Positions 17,992-29,900 of a stretch of 64,000 nucleotides of DNA are shown piece by piece. Position numbers and translations under genes: made by a program. The stretch's first letter is position 1, and every line of letters begins with the position of its first letter. Origin of the DNA: an uncultured Pseudomonadota bacterium (GTDB taxonomy: Bacteria > Pseudomonadota > Alphaproteobacteria > Rs-D84); contig CADCKW010000003.1 in assembly GCA_902802115.1 (NCBI GenBank), positions 5,637 through 69,636 of the forward strand, read 5' to 3'. Below the pieces are notes generated by a model. It saw only the letters and a program-made list of their open reading frames with translations, was not told the origin of the DNA and made no database searches.

Positions 17992-20900
17992 TTGAGATTA
18001 TTATCACGCATTTTTGGCGGATTTGTGCTGTTTGCCGTACTTGTTTTTGATGGCGTATCGTCGTCTTTTGCAGACATGTCGTGCAAAGAAGGTATGACAT
18101 ATTACCCCGAAGTCGGCGATTGTTGTTATGCCTTTGATGGCAAATCTTGTATTAGTGATTTCGACGAATGGGTTGGAATCGTTGAATCGTTAGACTGTAA
18201 AGCTGGTTCTGGGGCATACGTAAATAGTGATGGTAATATCGTATGTTGTCCCGAAGAAATAACACAACCAAATGAACTGTATCAATGTGAATGCTACGAT
18301 GAACGTTTTGAATTTAACCCCAAAACCGGCGGGTGTGACCAATGTAAATATGGTATGACATGGTATCCAGATGTCCCAGAAGAAGGTGCATGTTGTTATT
18401 TTTTTGATGATAAAAATAAAATAGAGTGCTTAACCGAACTTGATCAATGGATTAATTTCGCAAAAGACAGTCTTGACTGTGGCGAAAAAGGTGCATATGT
18501 TGATATCAATAACGAACCGCACTGTTGTCCAGAAGGGACGATAGCAAATGAATATTATGGTTGCTCATGCGAAAATCCCGCAATGACATTTAATAATGAA
18601 ACCGGTATATGCGGATGCCCCGCTGGGTATTTCTGGGACGGTGGAACATGTCTGGTATGTCCAGAAGGATATACCTGTATAGGCGACCTTTATGAACCCA
18701 AACCAAATGTATATGCGATAACATTAAGAAATTATAATGATACAGGCACGCATCAAACCATTTATGAAAAATATGACACTGGTTGGTATAGTAATTCCGC
18801 CGCAACAACGCAAATTACCAAGGCCAATATTCCAACACGTTCAGGATATAAATTTCGTGGATATTACACATCGACACAGGCGGATTTAACCGCCAATGGC
18901 GGCGTTGGCACCAGAGTCATTACCAATGCAACATCAAATAATTTGCCGGTCAATACCACATTTACCGCAAACACAAATTTGTATGCGGCATGGGCAAAAG
19001 ATTGCACACAACCCGCAAACGGTTCATGCACATTGACCATAAACAGTAATGGAACCGCAACATATACCGCCAGTTGTAATTCTGGATATGCACTCAGTGG
19101 GGACGGCACAGCCACCCCAACATGCACAGCAACCACCGCAAATTGTTATAGAATTGATTTAGATAACGCAACCAATGGTGGAACCGGTGGTGCGCCAACA
19201 TCGGTATATATGTATCGTGATGCAACAACATATGCCAACAGTTCGAATCAATCAAAATGGTGTAAATTATATACCGACAGTGCTTGCACAACCGAGGTTG
19301 CGTATTCTGGGAGTTATTATACACTTCCAACGACAAATCCAACAAAATCACACGCCACATTTTATAATTATGTAGGAAGCAATGGTTCTTTACACTATTT
19401 CTATAGATCTCATATAAACTCTGAAATATCATACCCACAGGCTTGGGACAGTTGTATAGATCCAAACGGATATTATGGTATTAATTCGATTGGGTTTGAT
19501 GCATCGCAAACACCATCTTTGACATTGACAGCAAAATACGACTGTGACGAGGGTTGGCGCGGCAGTTGCACTATATCAAATGTTTATAATGGATATAAAT
19601 GTTTTTCCAATACCGCATGTACCGTATCACCAACATCAACAATATCATTTAATGCAAATGGTGGTTCGGGCGGACGTTCGGGAACCGTCACCGCCACATA
19701 CGGCAGTATGCTTCCAGTTATCACAACCAGCAATTGGACCACCCCGCATCGTTTTGAATACAGATTTACAGGATACAGCGATGCACAAAGTGGCGGCAAT
19801 TTTTATTATGGCTCCACAGGTGCCTCTGGCACAGTGTGGGATAAAACAGCAAATACGACATTGTATGCACAGTGGAATCTATTTATGGATAACAATAGCG
19901 GCAATAAATTGTATTTTTATGATGGCAACACATATAAATATCAAATTATGTGTTCGCGTAGCAGTTGCACATTACCCACATATTCCACAGCGGGTATTAC
20001 CAAACCAAGCGGTGCAACATGGTTGGGCTGGGCATTTTTATGCGGCAATTATGAATATTGCGGTGCCGGGGACGCCACAGATACAGGATTATACGGCACA
20101 GGCAGTTCAAATGGCGCGACAAGTGTGGCAAACAATAATAATTTCTTTGGTCGTTATAACGAAGACGAGTTGGATAGTTCTTTTGCCACTGGGTTGCATG
20201 CATGTTGGGAATTTTCTGTTAATTATAATTTAAATGGCGCAACTGACCAAATCGCGTTGATGTATACAAAGTATAACAATTGTCAAGGTATGACTTTGCC
20301 GACACCAACACGCGAAAATTATATTTTTGATGGTTGGTATGATAATCCCAATTTTACTGGCAGTCCCGTCACAACAATTGCCGCGGGTTCCACAGGCACA
20401 AAAACATATTATGCAAAATGGACTGAATCGCCCTGTTGGCATACCGCGTTGGATAACACAACATACGGCGGAACCGGCGGAACAACCGATATTTATATAA
20501 ACAAATCAACATGCAATGTTTATGCAAATGCTGGTTGTACCGGCAGTGCAATAACAGCATTGCCATCAACACCAACCAAGGCGAACGCGTGGTATTCCGG
20601 ACATTATATTCCGTCATCTACATGGGGTGCATTGATTAGCCCCAGTGGCAGTGACAGATTCACAAATTTAAAAACCGAATGTAATAGCAATAGATTTTAT
20701 AGCACTTTGGTCGCAAAATATGGTTGTGATGACGGATATCATGCGGCGTCCAGTGCAACAAATGCAGCCTGTGTCACAAACAGTTATTCTGTGCATTTTA
20801 ACAGTAATTGCCCAACAACCGCGTCTGGCACAATGAACAATCAAAGTTTTACATACGGAACCGCACAAAATTTAACCAATAATGGTTTCAGCTGCACAGG

Positions 20901-23514
20901 ATACACTTTCGCAGGCTGGGCAACATCGGCAAGTGGTGCCAAAGTATATAACAACCAAGAATCTGTGAGTGATTTAACAACAACAAATGGTGGGACATTT
21001 GAATTATATGCAAAATGGTCTGTGGGAACATATGGAATTTCGTATGTATTAAATGGTGGTTTAAATGTTGATTTGGCAACATATACACCTGTGGAATATC
21101 TGTCCAGTAAATCAGCAAACAGTGCTTTCAGTTATTTTGATACCGGAACCAAATTTGATTTTGGTAAAGATTTTAGAGTTGTTGGTAAATTCAGCAACCC
21201 CAACACCAGTGCAAGACATATATTGTTAGGTAGTTATTACAATGGCGATAATATATTTAATATTGAATTAAAGACGAGTCCAACTGGTGCATTTAGAACT
21301 TACTTTGCTAGTGGCGCAGATGGTAATACTTCGCAAGCGATAGCGGCAAACACATGGACAGCATATGATGTATTTTATGATCCATTTTCACGCAAATCAA
21401 AAACTATTGCAGGAACTCAAAACTTTACTCTATCGGTTCCAAATGGTACAGGTGAAGTAGCGAAAGACATGCGAATGTTTTTAGATTATCGTTCTTCGCC
21501 ATCGGCAGTTGCGTATCCTGTTAAGATGGCCGCAACGGCAATATATAAAAATAATGCGTTGGTCAATTATTATGTCCCAGTAAGAAATTCCAGCAATGTT
21601 TGTGGTATGTATGATGCTAAAAACGATGTGTTCAAAGCCAGTGCTACTGCGGCGGCATTTGATTGTCCATCGGTCAATACTATGCCAACCAGTTTTGCAT
21701 ATGATACAGGCGCCACAATTAGCGGTGTTCCTGTGCGTGCGCATAGTAAATTTGCCGGGTGGTGCACAAATTCTGCATTAACCCAAGGTTGTGCTATGAC
21801 CAAAACCATTGCTGCAAATTCAACAAACGCATCACAAACATTTTATGCAAAATGGACCTGTGATTCTGGATATCATGCATCAGGCAACGCATGTGTGGCG
21901 AACACGATTTCATTATCTTGGACAACCGCGCATGGAACCGCGCCAAGTTCTCCGTCGTCATGTAGTTATGGCGGAACATTTACCGCACCTGCGGCAATCA
22001 CAGATGCCCCAGGATATGATTTCCAAGGTTGGAATATTAATGGCACACTGATTGCCGCCGGTGAAACGGTTTCATGTAATGAATTGGGTGTGGGCGCAAT
22101 ATCTGGCAATGTTTCCAATTCGGCAGTATGGTCACCAGCCAGTTATACCATCACTTTGAACGATTCAACAAATGGCGGTACTGGCGGTTCAGGTTCTATA
22201 AAGGAAGTTTTTGATACCGAGTGGCAAGGTTCATCAGGAAGGATAACATCTGTGGCACAACCAACCAAGGCGGCATCGGGACATGATTTTTATGTATTTA
22301 CCGGTTATTCTACTGCGGCATCGGGCGGAACGATAAAAATTCATGGCGATGGCGTGTTGCCGGAACCAACCATATTTACCGCAAATACAACACTGTATGC
22401 CCAGTTTGGAAAGTGTGCATGCACAACCGGCGATAATGTCACCAGTTGCACAGCAACCGGTGTATCACGCAACCAATGCGAATATACTTATTCGTGTGCA
22501 TCTGGGTTTAACAGCGGCGGCAATACATCTGGAACATTTACGGGCGATATCGGGGTTGCCAACAATACCAGCCCTGATTGTTCTGGCAAGGTGAGTTATA
22601 CAATGATATTAAAAAATCACGCTGGTTCGGCATGCAGTGTGACAGAGCAAAAATATTATTATGTGCCCATAGATAATAAATGGTATTCAGATAGCGCATT
22701 GACCAACGAAGTGACACATACCAGTTCCGACCCAACATGTCCTGGATACACTTTCCGCGGTTGGTATTGGGGCAACCCAACTGGTTTTAATGATAATTAT
22801 ACTTCAACTGCAGCAAATCGTGGGCAATTTGTCCAAGAAAACACCAGTGCGGCAAACAATAACGCACCAAACACTTACCAACCATACGCAAAAAATTCTG
22901 CGAATTTATCAGGAAAAACACTGAGTGCAAATAATAGTACGTATGCACGATGGGCGCGTAATTGTGACAGTGTTGAACATGGGCAATGCGATTTAACTGT
23001 CGCCGCCGACGGTTATGTCACATACGGTGTCACTTGTGATGCAGGACATTCGCCTGACCCGTCTGGGGGCGGTGTATATAATCCGTCCTGCCCGGCAGAC
23101 ATCTGTACCGCAGGTCAATATTTAAGCAATGGTGTTTGTACCGCATGCACCACAGGATATTATTGCGCCGATGGTGTAAATCGCACAGAATGCCCAATAG
23201 GATTATCTACACCGGACAACTCTATTGCCGAATATCATGATGACGCAGGTGATTGCGGACGCATATTACATATTGGCACATACGAAATACGGTTAAAATC
23301 TGTTCCCAGTGGCACAACTATACCTTCGCCGGCGGTGCGATTTGATTATGACGGCGATGGAACGGCAGATTTTTACGCACGTATGTCTTTGGTAGCATCG
23401 CCAATGCGTGTGACCAGTAGCGGACAAATTTCATCTGGAACAAATGAAAAGAATTTCAAAACACGATATAATAATTCTGTGTATTATGTGTGTGATGACG
23501 GAACATGCAATTAA
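17992..23514 (+). CDS. Large secreted Cys-rich surface protein with InlB B-repeat (Listeria-Bacteroides)-like domains
   Basis: Signal peptide (SSSFA-D), duplicated N-terminal Cys module, repeated P.R.GY.F.GW/Y...TLYA.W units, beta-rich insert YTPVEYL...YVPVR...GMYD. Confidence 0.8.
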   Translation: MRLLSRIFGGFVLFAVLVFDGVSSSFADMSCKEGMTYYPEVGDCCYAFDGKSCISDFDEWVGIVESLDCKAGSGAYVNSDGNIVCCPEEITQPNELYQCECYDERFEFNPKTGGCDQCKYGMTWYPDVPEEGACCYFFDDKNKIECLTELDQWINFAKDSLDCGEKGAYVDINNEPHCCPEGTIANEYYGCSCENPAMTFNNETGICGCPAGYFWDGGTCLVCPEGYTCIGDLYEPKPNVYAITLRNYNDTGTHQTIYEKYDTGWYSNSAATTQITKANIPTRSGYKFRGYYTSTQADLTANGGVGTRVITNATSNNLPVNTTFTANTNLYAAWAKDCTQPANGSCTLTINSNGTATYTASCNSGYALSGDGTATPTCTATTANCYRIDLDNATNGGTGGAPTSVYMYRDATTYANSSNQSKWCKLYTDSACTTEVAYSGSYYTLPTTNPTKSHATFYNYVGSNGSLHYFYRSHINSEISYPQAWDSCIDPNGYYGINSIGFDASQTPSLTLTAKYDCDEGWRGSCTISNVYNGYKCFSNTACTVSPTSTISFNANGGSGGRSGTVTATYGSMLPVITTSNWTTPHRFEYRFTGYSDAQSGGNFYYGSTGASGTVWDKTANTTLYAQWNLFMDNNSGNKLYFYDGNTYKYQIMCSRSSCTLPTYSTAGITKPSGATWLGWAFLCGNYEYCGAGDATDTGLYGTGSSNGATSVANNNNFFGRYNEDELDSSFATGLHACWEFSVNYNLNGATDQIALMYTKYNNCQGMTLPTPTRENYIFDGWYDNPNFTGSPVTTIAAGSTGTKTYYAKWTESPCWHTALDNTTYGGTGGTTDIYINKSTCNVYANAGCTGSAITALPSTPTKANAWYSGHYIPSSTWGALISPSGSDRFTNLKTECNSNRFYSTLVAKYGCDDGYHAASSATNAACVTNSYSVHFNSNCPTTASGTMNNQSFTYGTAQNLTNNGFSCTGYTFAGWATSASGAKVYNNQESVSDLTTTNGGTFELYAKWSVGTYGISYVLNGGLNVDLATYTPVEYLSSKSANSAFSYFDTGTKFDFGKDFRVVGKFSNPNTSARHILLGSYYNGDNIFNIELKTSPTGAFRTYFASGADGNTSQAIAANTWTAYDVFYDPFSRKSKTIAGTQNFTLSVPNGTGEVAKDMRMFLDYRSSPSAVAYPVKMAATAIYKNNALVNYYVPVRNSSNVCGMYDAKNDVFKASATAAAFDCPSVNTMPTSFAYDTGATISGVPVRAHSKFAGWCTNSALTQGCAMTKTIAANSTNASQTFYAKWTCDSGYHASGNACVANTISLSWTTAHGTAPSSPSSCSYGGTFTAPAAITDAPGYDFQGWNINGTLIAAGETVSCNELGVGAISGNVSNSAVWSPASYTITLNDSTNGGTGGSGSIKEVFDTEWQGSSGRITSVAQPTKAASGHDFYVFTGYSTAASGGTIKIHGDGVLPEPTIFTANTTLYAQFGKCACTTGDNVTSCTATGVSRNQCEYTYSCASGFNSGGNTSGTFTGDIGVANNTSPDCSGKVSYTMILKNHAGSACSVTEQKYYYVPIDNKWYSDSALTNEVTHTSSDPTCPGYTFRGWYWGNPTGFNDNYTSTAANRGQFVQENTSAANNNAPNTYQPYAKNSANLSGKTLSANNSTYARWARNCDSVEHGQCDLTVAADGYVTYGVTCDAGHSPDPSGGGVYNPSCPADICTAGQYLSNGVCTACTTGYYCADGVNRTECPIGLSTPDNSIAEYHDDAGDCGRILHIGTYEIRLKSVPSGTTIPSPAVRFDYDGDGTADFYARMSLVASPMRVTSSGQISSGTNEKNFKTRYNNSVYYVCDDGTCN

Positions 23515-23515
23515 C

Positions 23516-23539
23516 AAATGCCCAATCGGGCATTTTTTT
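23516..23539 (+). terminator. Intrinsic terminator
   Basis: AAATGCCC-AATC-GGGCATTTTTTT. Confidence 0.7.
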
Positions 23540-23579
23540 ATAAAAAAAATACCGATAAATCGGTATAATAAGTTGCCGT

Positions 23580-23928
23580 TGTCCAGTGCGGAAATATAAG
23601 CCGGATTCTGTATCGCCACATTATGTTATCTTTTTACGGCATAAAAAGGACATTTTGTGGTGCCAAGCATAATTAATCTGCACAATGCGTTGCCGCAAAG
23701 TGTCAAGCCCCCTACCCATTCTTCATAGCCCTGGGACCGAGCGAAGAACCTATATGGGGTTGCTGCACATAGAGATTGCCCGTTTCACTCTGAATTAAAT
23801 CAGCTCGTCTCTGTTGCTCTAATCGTCGGGTCACCCCGCGTGGCCGTTAGCCACTATGCGTCCCAATGCAGTCCGGACTTTCCTCCATCACCGATTAAGG
23901 CAACGGCTATGCTTCATCCGCCTGGACA
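23580..23928 (-). ncRNA. rnpB: RNase P RNA
   Basis: Minus strand has GAGGAAAGTCCGGACT (P4 5'), AGAGCAACAGAGA, GTGAAACGGGCAATCTC and ACAGAATCCGGCTTAT (P4 3'); P1 GTCCAGGCGGA pairs with TCCGCACTGGAC. Confidence 0.95.
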
Positions 23929-23969
23929 GTGGTATTTATTTTATTTGGTTTTTCAAAAAAATCAACTGT

Positions 23970-24203
23970 TTATTTTTGTGTGTTTTCAACGCGTTCGCCC
24001 ATGTGTCGCGCAGACTTTAACGCGGTTTGCAATGCGCGCATCGCAATCAACCTGATTTTTGGTGCAAATGCACGCATATTCATATTATCTGCGACAGTAT
24101 TTCCTATCAATGTCGCAATATATTCCATTTGTGTCGGTGCAATTGTAAAAACCTCGCTGGTTATGTCGTCAATTTTCAAGTTTTTTACGGTCTGTTCGTG
24201 CAT
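23970..24203 (-). CDS. Small hypothetical protein (ORFan-like)
   Basis: ATG with GGGG upstream, predicted helical, fills the gap between rnpB and secA. Confidence 0.55.
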   Translation of the reverse strand: MHEQTVKNLKIDDITSEVFTIAPTQMEYIATLIGNTVADNMNMRAFAPKIRLIAMRALQTALKSARHMGERVENTQK

Positions 24204-24337
24204 ATTTTCCCCCATTATTCATAAAAAAATTACATAAACTCACTTGTTTATTCTATCATCAGGATTATATCATAAAGTATCTTGACCGCAAAATATAAAA
24301 TTGCTATAAATGTCGTGATAAAAAATAAGGAAAAGGT

Positions 24338-26941
24338 ATGAATATTATTAAATTGTTGTTAGGTTCTGCAAATGACAGAATTGTAAAGTCTTATGATAAA
24401 ACTGTTTCATTGATAAATGATTTGGAACCAAAATATGTCGCAATGAGTGATGACGAATTGCGCGCGCAAACAGATATTTTAAAAAAACGTCTGGCGGACG
24501 GCGAAAAAGAAAAATCTGTATTGCCTGATGCGTTTGCTGTTGTGCGCGAGGCAGCCAAACGTTCTATTGGTCTGCGGCATTTTGATGTGCAATTGATTGG
24601 CGGTATGGTTTTGGCAAATGGTCAAATTTCCGAAATGAAAACCGGTGAAGGTAAAACACTGGTCGCAACATTGGCTTTGTATTTAAAGGCTTTGTATGGC
24701 AAAGGCGCACACCTGATTACTGTTAATGATTATTTGGCATCGCGTGACGCACAATGGATGGGTCAGGTTTATAAATTCTTGGGACTTTCCATTGGTATTA
24801 TTCAACACGATATGTCCGACGATGAACGGCGCGCGGCTTATAACTGTGATATTACATATGTGACAAATTCCGAATTGGGTTTTGATTATTTGCGCGACAA
24901 TATGAAATTCTTTAAAGAACAACAGGTATTGCGCCCGTTGTTCTATGCCATTGTTGATGAGGTTGATAGTATTTTAATCGACGAAGCACGCACTCCGTTG
25001 ATTATATCTGGGCCGTCCGAAGATGTCAGTGAATTATACAACAAGGTTGATGCGGTTGTCGCACAATTTAACGATACAGATTTCAAAAAAGATGAAAAAG
25101 ACCGCCATGTGACATTGACTGAAAGCGGTGTCGATACAGCAACGCGTTTATTAAAAGATGCAGGTTTGCTGGTTGGTGATAATTTGTATGCAACAGAAAA
25201 CGCGGCTATTGTTATGCATATTCAACAGGCTTTGTTGGCGCATAATCTGTATCAAAAAAATGTTAATTATGTTGTACGCAATGGCGAAGTTTTAATTGTT
25301 GATGAATTTACAGGTCGTGTTATGACCGGACGCCGTTTTGGACGCGGTCTGCACCAAGCAATTGAGGCCAAAGAACACGTTGCAGTTCAACCTGAAAATC
25401 AAACTGTGTCCAGTATTTCTTATCAAAATCTGTTCCGGTTGTATGAAATTTTGTCAGGTATGACAGGTACCGCAATGACCGAAGCAGCAGAATTTGAAGA
25501 AATCTATAAACTGCGCGTTGTTTCAATCCCAACAAACCGTCCGGTTGCGCGTATCGATCATCACGATGAAATATATCGCAACAAGACCGAAAAATATGAC
25601 GCAATATTAAAACAAATCGAAGATTGTGTAAAAAGAAAACAACCTGTGTTGGTTGGAACGGTGTCTATTGAAAAATCCGAAGAATTGGCTGCGTTGGTTC
25701 GTGAAAAATTACATATCGAACCCGCGGTATTAAACGCAAAACACCATGAGTCTGAGGCCAAAATCGTTGCCCAGGCTGGCGCACCTGGGGCGGTCACAAT
25801 CGCAACAAATATGGCAGGACGCGGAACAGATATTAAACTGGGTGGTAATGCCGAAGAATTAATTGCAAACCTGGATTCCAATGCCCCAGATTTCGAAGAC
25901 AAGAAAAAAGAAATCTATGCCAGAATCGAAGCCAATAAAAAATTGGTTTTGGACGCCGGTGGTTTGTATGTAATTGGAACAGAACGTCACGAATCACGTC
26001 GTATCGATAACCAATTACGCGGTCGTTCAGGTCGTCAAGGTGACCCAGGTGATTCTAAATTCTTTTTGGCATTGGACGATGATTTAATGCGCATATTTGG
26101 TGCGGCACGTTTGGATTCAATGCTGACAACATTAGGATTAAAAACCGGTGAAGCAATCACACATCCTTGGATTACCAAGGCTTTGGAAAAGGCACAAAAA
26201 CGCGTCGAGGCACGTTATTTCGAAGCCCGTAAAGAATTGTTGAAATACGATAATGTTATGAACGAACAACGCACCGTTGTTTATAAACAACGCAATGAAT
26301 TGATGACATCAAAAGATTTGTCGCCATTGGCACACGAAATGATTGGTGATGTTGTTGAAATGATTTGCGAAAATAATATTGCAGAAAAATCTCAGCCACA
26401 TGATTGGAATACGGTGGGTATGCACGATGCAATGTTGCGCACTTTTGCGTTGGATATCACCGATATCGAAAATTGGAAAACAGACCCAGATATCACAGAA
26501 CGCAAAGCATACGATGCGTTATACAACCTGGCAATCCGCAGATATAATCAACAGGCTGAAAAATACGGTCCCGAATTGATGCAGATGGCAACGCGTCAAA
26601 TGATGCTGGGGGCATTGGATTCCCAATGGAAACGTCATTTGCAACAAATGGATTATTTGCAGATGTCTATTGGTTTGCGCGGTTATGCCCAGAAAAACCC
26701 ATTGTATGAATACAAGCGCGAAGCTTTGGATTTGTTTAAAAATACTATAAACAATTTCAAAATTATGTCTGTGTCTTATGTTTGTCGTATGGAATTAACC
26801 CGCGAAGATGTTAATAATACAGATAAAGAACGCGCCGCACATGATGCCGCATTAAATGGCGAAGCAAATATTCGTCGTAATGCGCCCTGCCCATGTGGTT
26901 CGGGATTGAAATATAAAAATTGTCATGGCAAATTAAACTAA
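24338..26941 (+). CDS. secA: Preprotein translocase ATPase SecA
   Basis: MKTGEGKT, IVDEVDSILIDEARTPLIISG, NMAGRGTDI, GRSGRQGDPG, C-terminal CPCGSGLKYKNCHG. Confidence 0.99.
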   Translation: MNIIKLLLGSANDRIVKSYDKTVSLINDLEPKYVAMSDDELRAQTDILKKRLADGEKEKSVLPDAFAVVREAAKRSIGLRHFDVQLIGGMVLANGQISEMKTGEGKTLVATLALYLKALYGKGAHLITVNDYLASRDAQWMGQVYKFLGLSIGIIQHDMSDDERRAAYNCDITYVTNSELGFDYLRDNMKFFKEQQVLRPLFYAIVDEVDSILIDEARTPLIISGPSEDVSELYNKVDAVVAQFNDTDFKKDEKDRHVTLTESGVDTATRLLKDAGLLVGDNLYATENAAIVMHIQQALLAHNLYQKNVNYVVRNGEVLIVDEFTGRVMTGRRFGRGLHQAIEAKEHVAVQPENQTVSSISYQNLFRLYEILSGMTGTAMTEAAEFEEIYKLRVVSIPTNRPVARIDHHDEIYRNKTEKYDAILKQIEDCVKRKQPVLVGTVSIEKSEELAALVREKLHIEPAVLNAKHHESEAKIVAQAGAPGAVTIATNMAGRGTDIKLGGNAEELIANLDSNAPDFEDKKKEIYARIEANKKLVLDAGGLYVIGTERHESRRIDNQLRGRSGRQGDPGDSKFFLALDDDLMRIFGAARLDSMLTTLGLKTGEAITHPWITKALEKAQKRVEARYFEARKELLKYDNVMNEQRTVVYKQRNELMTSKDLSPLAHEMIGDVVEMICENNIAEKSQPHDWNTVGMHDAMLRTFALDITDIENWKTDPDITERKAYDALYNLAIRRYNQQAEKYGPELMQMATRQMMLGALDSQWKRHLQQMDYLQMSIGLRGYAQKNPLYEYKREALDLFKNTINNFKIMSVSYVCRMELTREDVNNTDKERAAHDAALNGEANIRRNAPCPCGSGLKYKNCHGKLN

Positions 26942-26966
26942 TAAATTTAGTGTTCAAGGTAAGTAA

Positions 26967-29900
26967 ATGGGCAGTTTTATTCATCTTCATTTGCATTCAA
27001 AAATATCTGTGGGAAACAGCACGATATCTGTGGGTGCAAATAAAAAAGCCGGTATCCCTGTTGGTATCCCAGAACTGTGTATCGCCAATAATATGCCGGC
27101 ATGCGCGCTGACCGATACAAATATGATGTCGGGCTGTGCAGAATTGTCCGATGTTATGCCTGCAAATAAACTGCAACCTATTATTGGTATTGAAATATCA
27201 CTGAATCATCATACCGCCGACCCAAAGGTTTTACGCGCAAATTCTTTATCTAAAATCGTTTTGTTGGCACAAAATCACGATGGATATTTAAATTTGTGCG
27301 AACTGACCCGAATAATGTATATGCGTGGCGAAAATCACCATTTGGGACCGTATATTACTTTTGATGAATTGGAACCTTTATCAAATAATTTAATTTGTTT
27401 ATCTGGGGCGCATTTGGGGCCGATTGGTATGGCAATTTTAAACAGTCAAAACGATTTGGCAAAAAACTATGCGGCGCGTTTTCAAAAATTATTCGGTGAC
27501 AGATTTTATATAGAAATTCAACGACATGGTTTGGAAGACGAAATAAAAACAGAACCTGAATTTTTACACATTGCCGAAAGTTTAAATATTCCAATTGTCG
27601 CAACAAACGATGTATGTTTCGCAGCACCTGAAAATTATGAAGCAATGGACGCATTGAGTTGCGTTCTGGGGCAAACCAAAGTCATTGACCCGGGTCGTCC
27701 GCGCAAATCGTCAGAGCAATATTTTAAATCAACCGAACAAATGACAGAGTTGTTTAGCGATTTACCCGAAGCGATTGAAAATACTGAAATTATTGCAAGT
27801 CGCTGTGGCTTTTTGGTCAATGTAAAAGAAAAGCCTTTGTTGCCAAAATTTGGTGATGATTTCGAGGCCGAGTGCCAAATGCTGCGCGATAATACTATGA
27901 ACGGACTGGCTGCAAGAATTGCGGAACATGGTATCACAGACACAAAACCATATTACGACCAGGCCGAATTTGAATTAGGCGTTATTATAGGCATGGGATT
28001 CCCAGGCTATTTCTTAATCGTTGCCGATTATATACAATGGTGTCGAAACAATGATATTTTAACTGGGCCTGGACGTGGTTCAGGTGCGGGGTCTATTGTG
28101 GCATGGTGTTTGGGTATTACCCATGTTGATCCATTAAAATACGGTTTGTTGTTTGAAAGATTTTTGAATCCTGACCGTATTTCTATGCCGGATTTTGACG
28201 TTGATTTTGAACCAACTGGAATAGAAAAAGTGTTGGCGTATATTTGCGATAAATATGGTCATGATTCTGTATGTCGTATTATTACTTTTGGCAGTCTGCA
28301 AGCACGTGGGGCAATTCGTGATATTGGGCGTGTGTATGGAATACCGTATTCTAAATCCGACAGGTTGTCCAAACTGATTCCGGCTGATGCAAAAAAATTA
28401 AAAGAAGCCGTTGATTCTTCACCCGAAATGCAAGAGGTTTTAGCGGCAGATGCCGATATGGACAAGGTTGTTAAAATCGCCGAAGAATTAGAAGGTTCTA
28501 TTCGAAACCTGGGACAACACGCGTGCGGTGTGGTTATCGGCGACAGACCAACAACAAAAATCGCCCCGGTATATCGCGATCCATCAAACCCTTTGCCGTC
28601 CAGTCAATATGACGGACATTATTTGGAGGCGACAGGTTTAATTAAGTTTGACTTTTTAGGTTTGGAAACTTTGGTCGTGTTAAAACATGCGGTTAAGTTA
28701 ATTCAACAAACACGTGGCATCAATGTTGATTTGGATAAAATACCAACTGATGATGATGTGACACTTAAATTGTGGCAACGCGGACTCACCGAAGGCATAT
28801 TCCAATTCGATGCCCCGTTTGTTAAACAAACTTTGCGTAAAATGCAACCAACCAGTTTCTTGGAAATTTCGGCTTTAAACGCGTTAAACAGACCGGGACC
28901 TATTGCTTTTATTCCACAATTTATCGCGCGTATGCATGGCGAAGAAAAAATTGAATATGTTCACCCCAAAGCCGAACCTATATTAAAAGAATCTTATGGA
29001 ATTATTGTTTATCAAGAACAGGTTATGTTATTAACACGTGCATTGGCAAACTTTACACGTGGCGAATCCGACACTGTGCGTAAGGCAATGGGTAAAAAGA
29101 AATTGGATTTGTTGGCCAAGTTAGAAGTTAAATTCTTGGACGGCTGCGAAGAGCAAGGGACATTGGACAGGGAAACCGCAAAAGATTTGTGGGAAAAGTT
29201 TAAAGAATTTGCAAAATACGCGTTTAATAAATCACATGCTATTGCTTATTCTATTGTTGCAAACCAATGTGCATACCTGAAAGCACACTATACCCCGGAA
29301 TTTATTGCCGCAGCAATGTCCAGTAATTTAAACGATACAGACCAATTGGCTTTGTTCGTAGATGATGCAAAATCTAACTTTGGAATTCAAATTGTTGCAC
29401 CAGATATCAATGAAAGTGAATCTTTATTTACCGTCAAAGATGGTAAAATTGTTTATGCGTTGGCGGCAATCAAAGGTGTTGGAACCGCTGCAACCGATGC
29501 AATTATCGCAGAACGCAACGCAAATGGTAAATTCAAAAATTTAACAGACTTTGCAAAACGTTGCGCGCCAATCATGAATAAACGAATATTGGAAGCATTT
29601 GCAAAAGTTGGTGTGTTGGATTCTTTGGAAAAAAATCGTGCTGCAATATTTATGAACGCAGATATGATTTTATCGTATGCATCAAAAAGTAAAGACAGCG
29701 GAAATTCTTTATCTTTATTCGCAAATACAACCCAAGACGATGTTATGGAAAATCGGTTGCAATCAAATTTACCAAAAACAGAACCTTGGACTTTTTCACA
29801 AAGATTAGAAAACGAATTATCGGCTTTGGGTTTTTATATTTCAGCACACCCATTGGATCAATATAAAAATTTAATTGCACGTGAAAAGTTAGTGACCAGT

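Noticed and set aside
23840-24237. Plus-strand ORFs over rnpB and the small minus-strand gene
   Set aside because: Overlap the RNase P RNA and a better supported opposite-strand ORF
26967-27700. DnaE PHP domain missing several metal ligands (ALTDTN, TNDVCF)
   Set aside because: Inactive PHP domains are normal in proteobacterial DnaE that rely on the epsilon subunit
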